Shown piece by piece: positions 41,280 to 54,941 of a stretch of DNA of 64,000 bases. Source of the stretch: Tubulanus polymorphus (taxonomy: Eukaryota > Animalia > Nemertea); assembly GCF_964204645.1 (NCBI RefSeq), contig NC_134030.1:11677947-11741946 (forward strand). Direction: 5' to 3'. A model generated the notes under the pieces. The model saw only the letters and a program-made list of their open reading frames with translations, searched no databases and was not told the DNA's origin. The position numbers were made by a program, and so were the translations under genes. The stretch's first letter is position 1. Every line of letters starts with the position of its first letter.

Positions 41280-41810
41280 TTACCAGTTTTCCGGATATTT
41301 CCGGAAATTGTGAAAGCCTAAAAACGACCTCGGGAATTTCCGGAAATTCGTCTGTCTGACCTGTCCACGATAATAAATATTTTTAACGATCTCTTTGTTT
41401 CTGTTGTTAAATAAATTAACTCTGTCTACTGGCCTAAAAAAATGGTTTTCGTCGATACACTGACGATAATTGCTGCTTCGCAATCACTGTGTTGGGCTAA
41501 AAATAAATTCTCCGTAGTTATACATAGACGCGCCTGAAATTGTTGCCACACGACCACTCTGTAGGGCTAGAATAATTCACTTTCACTTTGTCTATAGATG
41601 AACCTGTCGGTAGGTGTGTAGTAAGGCACGAATTCTTCGTCATTCGTGCAGCACGATGTCGATACTTGAGCTAGATATTAAAACGATCGATGTCGGAATA
41701 AAGAATAAATTTAAATGGATCTTTGAGGAGACTGATAGTGATGGGAACATTCGTTCCGAGTATGCGCGTAAATTTAGGGAACTGGGACTAGCATATTGAA
41801 TACACTGCAA
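41280..41810 (+). mobile_element. Possible hAT-like terminus plus transposase N-terminus remnant
   Basis: Repeated ttccggaaat subterminal motifs; peptide IDVGIKNKFKW...YARK...GLAY..HC resembles a BED-like start. Confidence 0.35.
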
Positions 41811-44101
41811 ATATGTAGGTCTGTGTTCGAATTATCTAAGTATAACCCTTCGCTCACGGTATTGTAAATCACTGAAGCAATATGTGCATGCATTGCTATA
41901 AAACCTTGGCATTCTGTCACCAAGAGTCAGTTTTCTATAAACCCACTTACAGTCCGGGTATATATTGTGTTGGAACGAATACGCGTTTTCCTGTTATGAG
42001 GTAAGTTTTGCTATTGCTATTCTCTTGTACGATTAGTTAATTAGGGTTTCTGCTGCTTTCGCAACCCTCTTGTAATTGTGTTGATTATTAATATTAACAG
42101 CCTATAAACGTAATTTTCAATTCTTTCAGAAACATAACTCAGCGCCTGACCATTTCGAATTAGCGTTTAGTAATCCATTATGAATTAATCCCGCGTTTTT
42201 ACCGGGTCTAAACAGCAACTAGAATATCGCAAAGAATCATCATCCATTGATAAAGCATACCCCGAAAAGCCTAAAATTTACCGGACGACCTTGGGCGTCA
42301 AACTCAACCGTAAATCACGGGTTCGGACACGGATTCGGACTAACATTAGTACTGGTCGTCTTTTCCCGCGAACAATAACTACAGCCGGTGCGCAACAAGT
42401 GTCTAATTAATGAAACAACATGGCGGATGGTTGAAATCATTTTCGGCTTCTATCGCGAGTTTTAGAAAATGAATCAATTGATTAATTCTATTCGTAAATC
42501 AATTTACGTTGGCTTCATTTCCTGAACATTTATCGCTCAAAACAACGTAATATGGTCAGAAATTGTAGGAATTTTCATACGGAATTTATATTTTACTTCT
42601 GCGTTCACTTGACGACTCGGATCGATGACAACGACAGCAGGGTTTATGTATTTAAAGGTGAGAATCCGTTAACCAGGGAATATTTTACATGATTTCGTAA
42701 GTTTCGTTTAACTTTCAATTTTCGCGACAATCGCATGATTTAAATTGGTCTCCTAAGATATCTGTCATTAAGTAATTCTTACATGTGATAGCTTAATTAC
42801 AGATGGAAAGAGGTCAGATGGCATGAAAATTGATTGTGGCTGACTAATGCGAGTAGATCAGGCGTCGATGTTTCAAAAGGTGTAGCCAAAATGCTTGTAT
42901 CATCAGGGGCAAACAAATTATCCGAAGATAAACGCCTTGTGATCGTCAGTTGATTTTGCTTTAATTTTTTCAACACACCGAGAAATTGGCCCCGAGCTGG
43001 AAAACGCGGCAGCTAGAAAAAGCTACTTCGAAATTTTTCCGCTGGGTGGAAACCGCTCGTCAAAATGCTTGCCGCAGCGGTTTCAGCTCTGCCACCAAAA
43101 AAGCTCGTGAAAAAGTTACGTCGAAATAATCAAGAGACTTGTAGACGAAAATATAACCATTTCTCCATTGTAATGTAAGTTTCAAAGCATCGATTTTTAA
43201 AATGATTTTGTTCAGCGAACAGGTAATTATATACAATTCGGTTTTTTTAGAACAAATCAAAAGAGAACGCGATTATTTCCGTTGCCAGAAAGCGTTTTAT
43301 GGGATGTAAGTTAAGAAAATCAAAAGGGGGGGCGATGGAGAACGTGGCCCAAAATATAGTTTGGTAGACGCACTGGTAAGCCAATTCTTCTACTAAGATT
43401 GATGCCTTTTTACACTCATTTAACCAATTAATATTTATGCTTCTGCTCAGATTCCGATAGCCATCCAAAAAGAAGCATATAGTAGTGGAGATTCCATAAG
43501 ACCTCAGACCACAAAAAATGAAGCTTGAAGACTGTTGATATTTTAAGAAAAACGTTGAGGGGCAAAGTCAACAACTAATTGGTAAGCCTATACCACGAAT
43601 AATCTCATGACTGAGCCACATACAACTACTATGCCTGGTTTAGTGTCATAAATTCACAATTAATCTGATATTTATTACAGCAGCTTTGAAGGTGCCAAAT
43701 GACGAAGATGATATTCACTACAGCAGCTTCGAAGGTGCCAAATCTTAGATCGGGTTACAATTTTGCATTCCACCAATCGCAATATTATCAGTTGTCTGAG
43801 TCTTCGATTGATACCAGTAATGATATGTCTCTAGTACCATATCAATAATACATGAAAAGTGATGTAACAGTTTGTTATCACAGTTGCAATCTTTACTAAA
43901 TTCAGCATTCAAGATAAATACTCTAAAGACTTATACTCTGTAAATGTATCACTTTATATTTCATGAAAATATCTACTGAAAAAGTTATACTTGTTATTTT
44001 TTTAACGTTACATTTTTGGGAAAACATTAAATAACACAATAAGTGAATTATCATTCATTCGATTCAAGTCTTAAGTCAAGTCTTATGTTTTATGCTTTGA
44101 T

Positions 44102-44745
44102 TTACACCTCATTCTTTTGATAGTTAACCTGTCCTTCATTCAGAAAATATTCCATCAAAATCTCTCGAATATTTGAACCATCAACTGGGTTTCCCTGGCG
44201 CACTTTTTCCAGTCCTTGTAATTGTACCCTTACTCTCTCTCTTTCTCCATTTCCCAGGAACAAATCCACCATTGTCACACTGTTGATCCATGTATCCCGA
44301 TGGCACATATTGGTTAACGCGAGAGGTTATCAGAAAATTATGCAATGCAATTATTGCACGGACAATTTTAGTTGCATTTTCGGGTGTATGGTTCATTTCA
44401 CCAAGAGGTAATCGGAATCTACTGGCCATTATTCCAAAACAATTTTCAGAAATTCTTCGAGGTCTACAAAACCGATAGTTGAATACAGATTCGTCAATAT
44501 TGTCATTGCACCTCGAGAATGGTTTCATCATATGTTTGCTTAATCCAAACGCTTCATCTCCGATGAAAAAGTAACCGATTTCAGGGTAGTCGCATATTTT
44601 CTCCAGCTTGGGTATACTTCACATCTGAAATATCTTGTTAAAAATCGAGTCCCTAAATATCCCAGCATCGCTTAACGAACCTGGTCGGCCAAAATCACAT
44701 AAGAAAACGCGTGTATGGGCATCTACAGTAGCTAACAGTACAATG
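44102..44745 (-). pseudogene. PIF/Harbinger transposase C-terminal half
   Basis: LATVDA...GSLSDAGIF, FIGDEAF...MKPF, FNYR...RRISENCFGIMASRFR, IIALHNFL. Confidence 0.9.
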
Positions 44746-44749
44746 CATA

Positions 44750-45688
44750 GCAGCGATAACGGGTTTCTGCCTAACTGGTTCATATATTGCTCTGGGAAGC
44801 GTAATAATTCTAATCGGTCCATAACATATGACTTATTTCCAAGAAGCGTAACCTGGGTCAACAATATGCTGGGTATGTGGATCCAGCTACAAACAAGGGC
44901 TACCACGTAAAAAGTATTGATGTTCCAAAATGGCTACGTAACCGAAGATATGGTTCTTTCAAAGTCCCCTGGTGGCAGTTGCATGATCAAGTCTGTCGCA
45001 CATGGTCTCCTTGCGCGTTTTGATCCATAATTTCGTTCGGTCCAACGCTCAGTTCAATGATACTTTCAGATTTCCGTACTGATGGGCAGTTACGTTTAAT
45101 ATGGTCTAGTGATTTACATACATGACAAAGGCCTATTTGGCGATTATCTCTGTTTGGGCAATGAAAGAATTCATGATCACTACTCAAACAGTGTTGACAT
45201 ATTTGATCACAGAATATTCTGACAGGAAAGTTTCCAATTTTTGTGAAATGCTGGATAACTTTGGTAATTTTCGCGAACTGTACATATCTAGTCGCTGTGA
45301 AGATACTCGTTCCCTTTATCACTCCTTTCTTGAGAGATCCATCGACGTACTCCCCAAATTTTGGAATAAAAGCCACGATGGCTCTATCGTCCAGTTCGAT
45401 CGGCGTATCGACGACTTTTAAATTAATGATAGTTCTATCCACATCCGACGAGGACACAACGATATTAGTTAAGTTTAGTTAGTTATTCGTTAACATATTC
45501 TAGAACATGTTTAGTTTCAATATCCGTTGTCGTTATGATACACTGAAACTTTGTCAACTGTATGGACTCACTTCATTGGTTGATCTCAACGCACTATCCA
45601 AATGAGTTATGTTTTGCCTATCAAACTGCCTCAAATCGAATTTGAGAGATTTTTCACGACACAAACTTTCCTCTGGTTGATTAGCCAT
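44750..45688 (-). mobile_element. L1/Tx1-like non-LTR retrotransposon ORF1 remnant
   Basis: RRM-like region (TSIFTATRYV) followed by two CCHC knuckles, CQHCLSSDHEFFHC and CHVCKSLDHIKRNC. Confidence 0.7.
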
Positions 45689-45899
45689 TTTAAATGTATG
45701 TTTCTTGATTGTTTGATTCCAAAAAATAACGGAGCCCTGATTTGACGTGACTCTGCACTAGGCCGCCATTTTCAACCAGCTTTAAATCACTACTTCCGGT
45801 CAAAGTAAATCATTTAAATCATTCATTTATCTAAGAAAAAAATTAAAAGATTAATAAGTAATTTGAAATACCTTACTTTGAATATTTTAGTTTTATATA

Positions 45900-47110
<1,211 letters not shown>

Positions 47111-47487
47111 ATTATTTCTATTTCGACCCTTCGACCTTTGGTATCAAACAACATATATACACTTACTTACAACATAGCGTGATACACGGAAAATCGATAC
47201 ACGGTCTATATCTGAGACTGCAGTGAAATGAGAAAAACGTGGCTTGATGGGACTCGATACCAACAGATAAAACACGTGTCATAGAATGATGGCGCAACCA
47301 ACTGGCAGCTCTGTAAACGGTGGTAAACAATGAAAATGGCTGTCTGTTCAAAGGGATTTCGTGTAGTTCTAAGGCCCAGAGTGCGTCTTGAGCACTCCAA
47401 TTTACTGGGGGACCCCCCAGATCCCCTACTCAACGTCGCGCCTCGTGGCTGGGATTGAAAGGCCGTGTGCGCGCGTGGATTACCTTA

Positions 47488-48432
47488 AGAATTGACCTTC
47501 TCATTTCAACCCCTCATAACTTCGTTACCGATCGACCGATTTACACGAAATTAGATTCGTTTCATTCCAAAGAGGTGACTTTTTCGTTTGAGACCTTCCC
47601 CGATGAAATCAGACCGGAGACGACCGAGAAATCACGACTCAAATCCGAAAAAACTGGTCAAAATATCCAAAGCCGGAATTACTAGGACGGCTTGAAGTGC
47701 TCAATTTCCGACGAAAAACGATGATTTGACGCGGTTCCCGGACGTTAATCTTCACATATCATACATCGCTGGAAAGCTTATGAACTGACCTTATTGAAAG
47801 ACGCGTTTATTTGATAATCCGTTCCGATACCCGCGACTGGCGAGCTGATAATCCAGATTGATGCGATAAATACGATTTCCAAGTGTATTCCGGCCGCCAT
47901 TAACTGCGTGGCGTCATGAGAAATCCCAGCATGCAACGCTAGATAATTGACATATTCAGTCGACCAATCACGTATCGCGAATTTATCAGTCCTCAGAGCC
48001 CGTGACGTCACACCCTCAATGGCGGTTCAGTGACGCTTAAAGTGCGTATTTATCGGTTCGGTGCGTATTATCACCTCGCTTGTCGCCGGTTTCGGAACAG
48101 ATTATCAAATAAACGCATTTTTCAATAAGGTCAGTTCATAAGCTTTCCAGCGATGTATGATATGTGAAGATTAACGTACGGGAACCGCGTCAACTCATCG
48201 TTTTTCGTCGGGAATCGACTACTCCGAGACGTGCTAGTAATTCCGGCTTTGGCTATTTTGACTCGTTTTTTTCGGATTTGAGTCGTGATTTCTCGGGCGT
48301 CTCTTATCCGATTTTGTCGCGGAAGGTCTCAAACGAAAAAGTAACCTCTTAGGAATGAAACGAAACCAATTTCGAGCGAATCGGTCGATGGGTTACGAAG
48401 TTATGAGCGATTGAAATGAGAAGGTCAATTCT
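47488..48432. mobile_element. Foldback/palindromic MITE (Kolobok-like)
   Basis: Arms ~47488-47860 and ~48070-48432 are inverted repeats (agaattgaccttctcatttcaa / ttgaaatgagaaggtcaattct); TTAA at the left boundary. Confidence 0.8.
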
Positions 48433-48607
48433 AGTATGTCAAAATGTTAGCACCCTTTTCTTTTTTTATAGGTGGTACCTAGGATACTGGGTCAAATCTT
48501 TGATTTTGGACCCCCAGCTATCGTAACGAGCCCCTGTGGCGTGGATTACCCCTATATAAAGTGGCTGGGATCGAGGGGCGGTGTACATCCATCAGTTGAT
48601 TTTTAAA

Positions 48608-48770
48608 ATCAGGATTGTAAACGTAGTCGACGAGTAGAATCGGTCGACAGTCAGGATTGTAGACATTGTCGACTAGAAGAATCAGTCGACAATCAGGGTT
48701 GTAGACATTGTCGACGATTAGAATCGGTCGAAAATCAGATTGTAGACATCATCGATGAGTAGAATCGAAC
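48608..48770. repeat. ~41-bp tandem repeat, ~4 copies
   Basis: tcaggattgtagacattgtcgac...agaatcggtcgac units. Confidence 0.85.
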
Positions 48771-49729
48771 CACTCACTTCATTAAAGAAAACCCACCACG
48801 ACGGAACCATATTGACCTATTCTTGAGTGGAACCCAAATTCCGGTAAAAGTGCAGATCCGCACCTCTCGCGGTTGACGCTCTCTAATGGTTTTTTTTAAG
48901 TATCGTAGTAGACTGAAGATCCTCCGAGGAATCCAATGGTCCTCTCTATTTTAGGATTCGACCACCAGAAATATGTTTTTTAGTCAATTTTCTGGCTCAA
49001 AATCCGTCCGTTTGTTATGCGGACGCCATCTTGGATTAGGTTATTCTAAAGTGAAAACTCTTCCTCTATCCTCGCTGAAACGACCTTGTTTATCAATTCA
49101 ATACAATCTTATTGTGAAAACTTTGGGAGTGTGCAGACGCATAAGGTCCACATATGAAGACACGCCCTTTGCTGTCAACTTTGACAGCCGACAAGGTCAT
49201 GTTACCACCTACGCACTTGTCACTCATCCGGAGCCGATCGAAAGCACGATTGAAGCATAAAAATAAAGATATTGCATAAAGGAATCAATTTTTAATAAAC
49301 AGTGAAATATATGTGGAAAATGAAATAAAACTCAATCATTTATAGCTATGCTTGTGAAAAAAATGACTTCTTATAAATGAAAAATTTATACAAGTTTAGA
49401 TCGGTCTACTGTACCATAATTCTACCATACATGTTTAAAATAAATGAATAAATGTACATGTATATTAAATAATGCAAAAATAAAGAATTTTTACTATAAA
49501 ACAATTAGTTTCTTAACATGTTTAGAACCATTCCCACACACTTGTGGAGGAGGAAATGAGGTCACTAAAAAAATTCCCAGGAAAGAATTCTACCAGTCTC
49601 TTTGATGTTACTTTTTCCCATACACCTGTAACATATTTGCCAGACCTGGCCATCATGCAACCACACCTAAACCACTTACTCAAGAGTATAAATATCTTAA
49701 ACCCGCAATGTTTCCTCACAGTCCTCAAA

Positions 49730-51575
49730 ATGTCACAAGCTCAGCTTGCAAGACAATTTCCAGATGTTAACTCAATGACGATCATTGAGTTGATACACGC
49801 TGTGACAACAAACAAGTTAGAATGTTTCCAATGGTTCCAGAATTACGGTGTACTTGCAGGAGAAATGAGATGTCATTGCGGAGCTCAAATGGTGACCCGT
49901 GTTCAAAATCGAGACAGCTGTGACTATGTTTAGCAAGGGACTTTTTGCGCGTTGCCAATTTCACAAAACTGAAAATTTGAACGATTGAATTAAACTATTA
50001 ATACCAGTTTATTTGACATCTTAATCAGTTGGATAGCAGGCACAGAGTGATATGATAATTAGTTAACAGTATACGCAGAATAGAATTAAATATCATCACT
50101 TGATTAATCATACTACATCAGATCGTAACTGAGATTGTCCTAAAATGACTTTTCTTTAACTGCATAGGCCTACTTAATACAAAGGCCTATTTCTACAAAC
50201 AAATAGGCTAATCATTAGCTGTCATTTTAGATTTAATACCTAATCTATAAAAATTGACACTCAGTACCTAATTTACGTGTTACATAAAGGTCTGATTTCT
50301 CAGCTAAGCCTAGGTACACATTTATGCCAAAACATATCTAAGATTTAACTATGAAAAATGGAGGTAACTCACCTGAAAATTCAAACAATTGAATTTATCT
50401 ATAAATACCAGTTCATTTTACGTCTTAATCAGTTGGATAGCAGGCACAGAGTGATCAAATCTGTGCTGCCAAAAACTAAGTTGATTAAGACACTTCCATC
50501 AAGAATTTAGTGACCAAAACTTCTAGCGATTGGTTCATCCAAATCTTAGTGACATATTAAGACACTAATTAACTGATGAGAGCTAAACTAGTTGCGAGGG
50601 CAGGTGAGTTGAGAGTTGTTTATATTGCTATTACATCACTTATTCAAAAACAGTGCCAGTTCGCTGGGCATACAAAATACTCAATAAACAAGACAGCCTA
50701 CTTGAGCTGCCAAAACTGTATCTGGGTAAAAGTGACAAAGCTAAGTTTAGATCCATTAATGGACATAGGAAAAATCTACAGATATGTTTTCTTAGCTACA
50801 AATGACCTGGCAAAATATTGATTACGATATTGAAACATAAAAACACAATCCGCTGTTCCAGATAAAAATACTCCTTGCTAAATATGTATGGCGTTGTCCG
50901 GCGAACCGGAACCATTCCACAAAGAGTGTGAAAGAAGGCACATGTGCCCCTTGAAAAACTAATACTGATCGTCTATTTCTGGGCTCACAACGATGTGAGC
51001 AACGCTACTATAGAATCCACGATCGGGATTTCAAAACACACAGTTATTGACTGGAACAATTTCTTGCGAGACTTGTGCGTAACAGCATTCGAGCGTAATC
51101 CTCCAGTGATTGGTGGACCAGGACTTCATGTGGAGTTGGATGAGACTCTTATCGCCAGAGCGCGACATGCCGCCAATCACCAAGTGCGACAAGTACCACA
51201 GCGATGGGTGATTGGTGGCGTGTGTAACGAAACGGGTGACGCGTTTCTCGTCGAATGTCCGGATGGGAGGAGGGATGCCGCTACCCTTCTCCCCATCATC
51301 GAAGCCCATGTCGCGAATGGGTCAATGATCTACACGGATGGCTGTTGTGCGTATCAACAATTACCGAACTTGGGTCATGGCTATGTGCACGGTTGGGTAA
51401 ACGACAATCTACATTTCGTGGACCCAAACACAGGAATCACTACGAACCACGCCGGGTACTTCGTCCGCCTTGTTAAGCTCGTACTTTGCAGAATTCACGA
51501 TTAGGCGACTCTGGACGAGGGAAAATGCATTCGAAAATGCAATCGCGTTAATTCGAAGGTTTTACGCAGTTCCAT
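49730..51575 (+). pseudogene. Merlin transposase, interrupted and lacking the catalytic E region
   Basis: MRCHCG...DY|VWRCP; VELDET; RWVIGG; IYTDG; FVDPNTGITTNH followed by a deletion. Confidence 0.9.
49929..50882. mobile_element. 954-bp non-autonomous element inserted in the Merlin transposase
   Basis: TIRs tttagcaagg / ccttgctaaa flanked by tatg on both sides; removal restores D-Y-V-W-R-C-P. Confidence 0.8.
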
Positions 51576-52023
51576 AATTGCGAATCGGGGCGCGTTCCTC
51601 GTGTTTCAGCATCTAACTGCCGTAGTTAGTTTTACGATCGATGCTGCCGCCGCCATGTTGATCGATGTGTGCAGAGCGCGACACCGGACGGATCCAAAAA
51701 ATAATCATTAAAGATCAAAATTGTACTTGTTGATTGTAATTATGTATATATTTTATCAGTGTTTAATTAAAATTATAATATCTCAAATCTAAATTCTTTA
51801 CGTTCTTCAGTCAATGTGGAAAAACAAGGTCGTTTCAGCGAGGATAGAGGAAGAGTTTTCACTATAGAATAACCCAATCCAAGATGGCGTCCGCGTAACA
51901 AACGGAAGGATTTTGAGCCAGAAAATTGACTAAAAACATATTTCTGGTGGTCGAATCCTAAGGACCATTGGATTCCTCGGAGGATTTTAAGTTTAGTACG
52001 ATATTTTAAAAATCATTAGAGAG

Positions 52024-52481
52024 TAACATTTGTGAGTAACAGCAGCTATAGGTTTAGAGCAAATTCATAGTTCCTGGTATCGTGGATAAACTCAGTTTGA
52101 ACCGAACTAATTCAGCCGTGAAAACCATTCAGTTTTGGGTCGCCAGTTCTCCATAAATCATTATTTTAATATCAGATCAGCATATGGTTTTCACATTAGT
52201 TTCACTTGCTACCAGGGACTATAATCACTGATTTAATAAATTTAAACAGTTGCTGTTATCATAAAAGGGAATTCATATAGTTGGTGCTCGCGCGACGTGG
52301 CAGTTTCGTGGCAGTTTCGCGAGTGCCTATATAAGGGAGGTCCCTGAAACAGAGGGAGAGAGAAAGAGAGGGAGAGACAGAAAGAGACAGAACACTGGAA
52401 CTGGAACAGCCATAAGCAAGTAGAAAAATAAAAGCGTAATATCAACTGGAGATGAGTCTTTCCAACTTGTCATTTACTATC
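52024..52481 (+). mobile_element. Solo-LTR-like insertion within the right Merlin TIR
   Basis: Separates gagag|cgtcaac of the TIR; contains a TATA box (cctatataagg), a GA-rich tract and aataaa, and ends in CA; no clear TSD. Confidence 0.5.
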
Positions 52482-52594
52482 ACGTCAACCGCGAGAGGTG
52501 CGGATCTGCACTTTTACCCAAATCCCTTACTGAACGAGGAGAGAATCCCGCAATGATAATAAAAAGTCCGAAAATGAAACTTCGAGATAGTAGT

Positions 52595-52642
52595 TTATTT
52601 CAATGTTTCGACTATACCCTAATAGTCATCTTCAGGAATAAT
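52595..52642 (-). ncRNA. Minimal hammerhead ribozyme motif in the Penelope pLTR
   Basis: Minus strand CTGAAGA-tgacta[loop]tagtc-GAAAC; the inverted copy at ~54785-54820 reads CTGGAGA. Confidence 0.65.
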
Positions 52643-52949
52643 GAGATACTACAGAAATTATGAGATATATATACAATCCAGAGACAAAGAGACTTATTCA
52701 AGTAATCAGAGATGATACAAACTAAAGGAAAATTAACGTAGAAACAGTTACACGCTAAATTGGTTAAAGGGAAGCAAACTAAGGGGTAATTATAAACAAC
52801 AATAGTGAGTATAAATATAAATGAAACTTAAAGTCAGTAGTAAAAAGAAAGACAAACTAGGGGGCACTTAAATTAAAACAAAGGTGAATACAAGTTAAGT
52901 CAGAGACGAAATTGATGAGAGAACAAATAACAAATAATCAAAGGGGAAA

Positions 52950-54488
52950 TCAAGTGTTGAGTTTAACCAGTTTACAGAGGAATTTTGATATAAGTTTATT
53001 ATGGGGTGAAAAACCATTGTTAAGGTTTACAACGTTGTTCGAATTTTCAATAATTAATGCAGATTCCAAAATATGTCTTCTAGTTTTATCGCTGTAAGGG
53101 TAAATTAATTCAGCATTAGCAAAATCAAAATTGTGTGAAGTCTGAAAAACATGACTAGCAACTCCGCTTTCAGGTTTAAAGTTTTTTACATCTAATTTAT
53201 GCTCTTTTATGCGTTGATTAAGATTCCGACCTGTTTCTCCTATATATACTTTGTCGCAAACTTTACAAGGTATTTTATAAATTCCACAGTTTAGGGATTC
53301 GGTTTTCGGTTTGTTATTAATCAATATGTTACTAAGTTTATTATTGTATTTAAAGATAAGTTGTTTATTTAGTGACCGAAGAGAAACTTTAGAATTCTCG
53401 AGGAAAGGTACATACGGTACAATGATAGGCTGTTTATCGGTAGCCAACGTAGGAGTTCTAAGGTTGTTATTTCTAAAATGCGTAGTACGAGCTTTAAGTA
53501 GAGCTTTTTTCAATAGGAAATCGGGGTAGGCAAGTTTTTTGAGAGACTGGTTAATATGGTGGATTTCATCGGGTAGAAATGAGGGGTCGCAAATTCTCAA
53601 AGCGCGAAGAAATAATCCTTGAGCTAAACCGAGTTTAATATCCGGAGAAGTAAAAGAGAAGTAATGGAGGTAGGATTCAGCGTTGGTAGGTTTCCTATAA
53701 ACCGCGAATTTCAAAAAGGATCCACAGTTAAAAATCAAAACATCCAGAAAGGGTATTTTACTATTAGATTCCCATTCATACGTAAAAGCCAGAGACGGAT
53801 AAAGGGAGTTTAAATATATAAGAAAGTTATCAACATTGAAGTCAAAGGGAACCAAAGCCAGAACATCGTCAACATATCTGAGCCAGATTTTAGGGTGAAT
53901 ATCAGTATAAAGAGGCAATATTTCAGATTCAACATGTTCTAGGAATAAATTAGCTAAAATAGGACTAAGAGGATTTCCCATAGCGATACCGAATGTCTGT
54001 TCGTAAAAACAATTGTTGAATTCAAAAAAGGAGTCCGTCGTACAAATAGAGATAAGGTCGATGATACAATCCGTAGGAATGCCGAAGTTAATGTTAAGTG
54101 ATGGTAATCTGCGTTTTAAGAAATCAAGAGTAGGTCCAAGAGGAACATTGGTAAAAAGGGAAGTAACATCAAATGATATAAATTTGTCGTTGCCAGGGAT
54201 AATATTCTTAATACGTTCAAGTAAGTGTTGATTGTGGCGAAGGTGCGACGGAGAGAACGAACCGAGCACCGGAGATAACTGTTTCGCGAGAAATTTAGAT
54301 AACCGGTATGTAGGAGAATTACAATTGGGGACTATAGGGCGCAGTGGAACATTATCTTTATGAATTTTGGGCAATCCATAGATATATGGTAAAGAGGGAA
54401 GACGTGAATGGAACTTATTCAGAGTTTCTTTAGCGGAGGGGAAACGTTTAATAATATCCGAAAGACTTCTGTTGAAATTAGCTTGCAT
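52950..54488 (-). CDS. Penelope RT + GIY-YIG endonuclease (uninterrupted 512 aa, N-terminally truncated)
   Basis: YGLPKIHK, FDVTSLFTNVP, GIAMGNPLSP, YVDD, GIYKIPCKVCDKVYIGETGR. Confidence 0.96.
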   Translation of the reverse strand: MQANFNRSLSDIIKRFPSAKETLNKFHSRLPSLPYIYGLPKIHKDNVPLRPIVPNCNSPTYRLSKFLAKQLSPVLGSFSPSHLRHNQHLLERIKNIIPGNDKFISFDVTSLFTNVPLGPTLDFLKRRLPSLNINFGIPTDCIIDLISICTTDSFFEFNNCFYEQTFGIAMGNPLSPILANLFLEHVESEILPLYTDIHPKIWLRYVDDVLALVPFDFNVDNFLIYLNSLYPSLAFTYEWESNSKIPFLDVLIFNCGSFLKFAVYRKPTNAESYLHYFSFTSPDIKLGLAQGLFLRALRICDPSFLPDEIHHINQSLKKLAYPDFLLKKALLKARTTHFRNNNLRTPTLATDKQPIIVPYVPFLENSKVSLRSLNKQLIFKYNNKLSNILINNKPKTESLNCGIYKIPCKVCDKVYIGETGRNLNQRIKEHKLDVKNFKPESGVASHVFQTSHNFDFANAELIYPYSDKTRRHILESALIIENSNNVVNLNNGFSPHNKLISKFLCKLVKLNT

Positions 54489-54941
54489 ACGAGGAAGAGG
54501 ATTCGATTTAAGTTTCTTATAAACACCAGGATTATCCTTTGTTTTAATTTAAGTGCCCCCTAGTTTGTCTTTCTTTTTACTACTGACTTTAAGTTTCCTT
54601 TATATTTATACTCACTATTGTTGTTTATAATTACCCCTTAGTTTGCTTCCCTTTAATCTATTTTAGCGTGTAACTGTTTCTACGTTAATTTTCCTTTAGT
54701 TTGTATCATCTCTGATTACTTGAATTAGTCTCTTTGTCTCTGGATTGTATATATATCTCATAATTTCTGTAGTATCTCATTATTCCTGGAGATGACTATT
54801 AGGATGTAGTCGAAACGTTGAAATAAACTACTAGGTCTATCTCGAAGTTTCATTTTCGGACTTTTCATTATCATTGTGGGATTCTCTCCTCATCGCGTCA
54901 ACACGGATATAGTGTTCTACCAATCGTGACCCTTACTGAAC

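Larger units (their letters stand above)
48843..52518 (+). mobile_element. Merlin (IS1016/IS1595-like) DNA transposon with ~250-bp TIRs
   Basis: GG...CC termini (ggtaaaagtgcagatccgcacc / ggtgcggatctgcacttttacc); TSD caaattcc (48835-48842) / caaatccc (52519-52526); TIR arms 48843-49090 and 51822-52023 plus 52482-52518. Confidence 0.92.
52536..54929 (-). mobile_element. Penelope-like element, 5'-truncated, with inverted pseudo-LTR
   Basis: 52536-52885 is the reverse complement of 54537-54892; flanking direct repeat ccttactgaac at 52525-52535 and 54931-54941. Confidence 0.93.
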
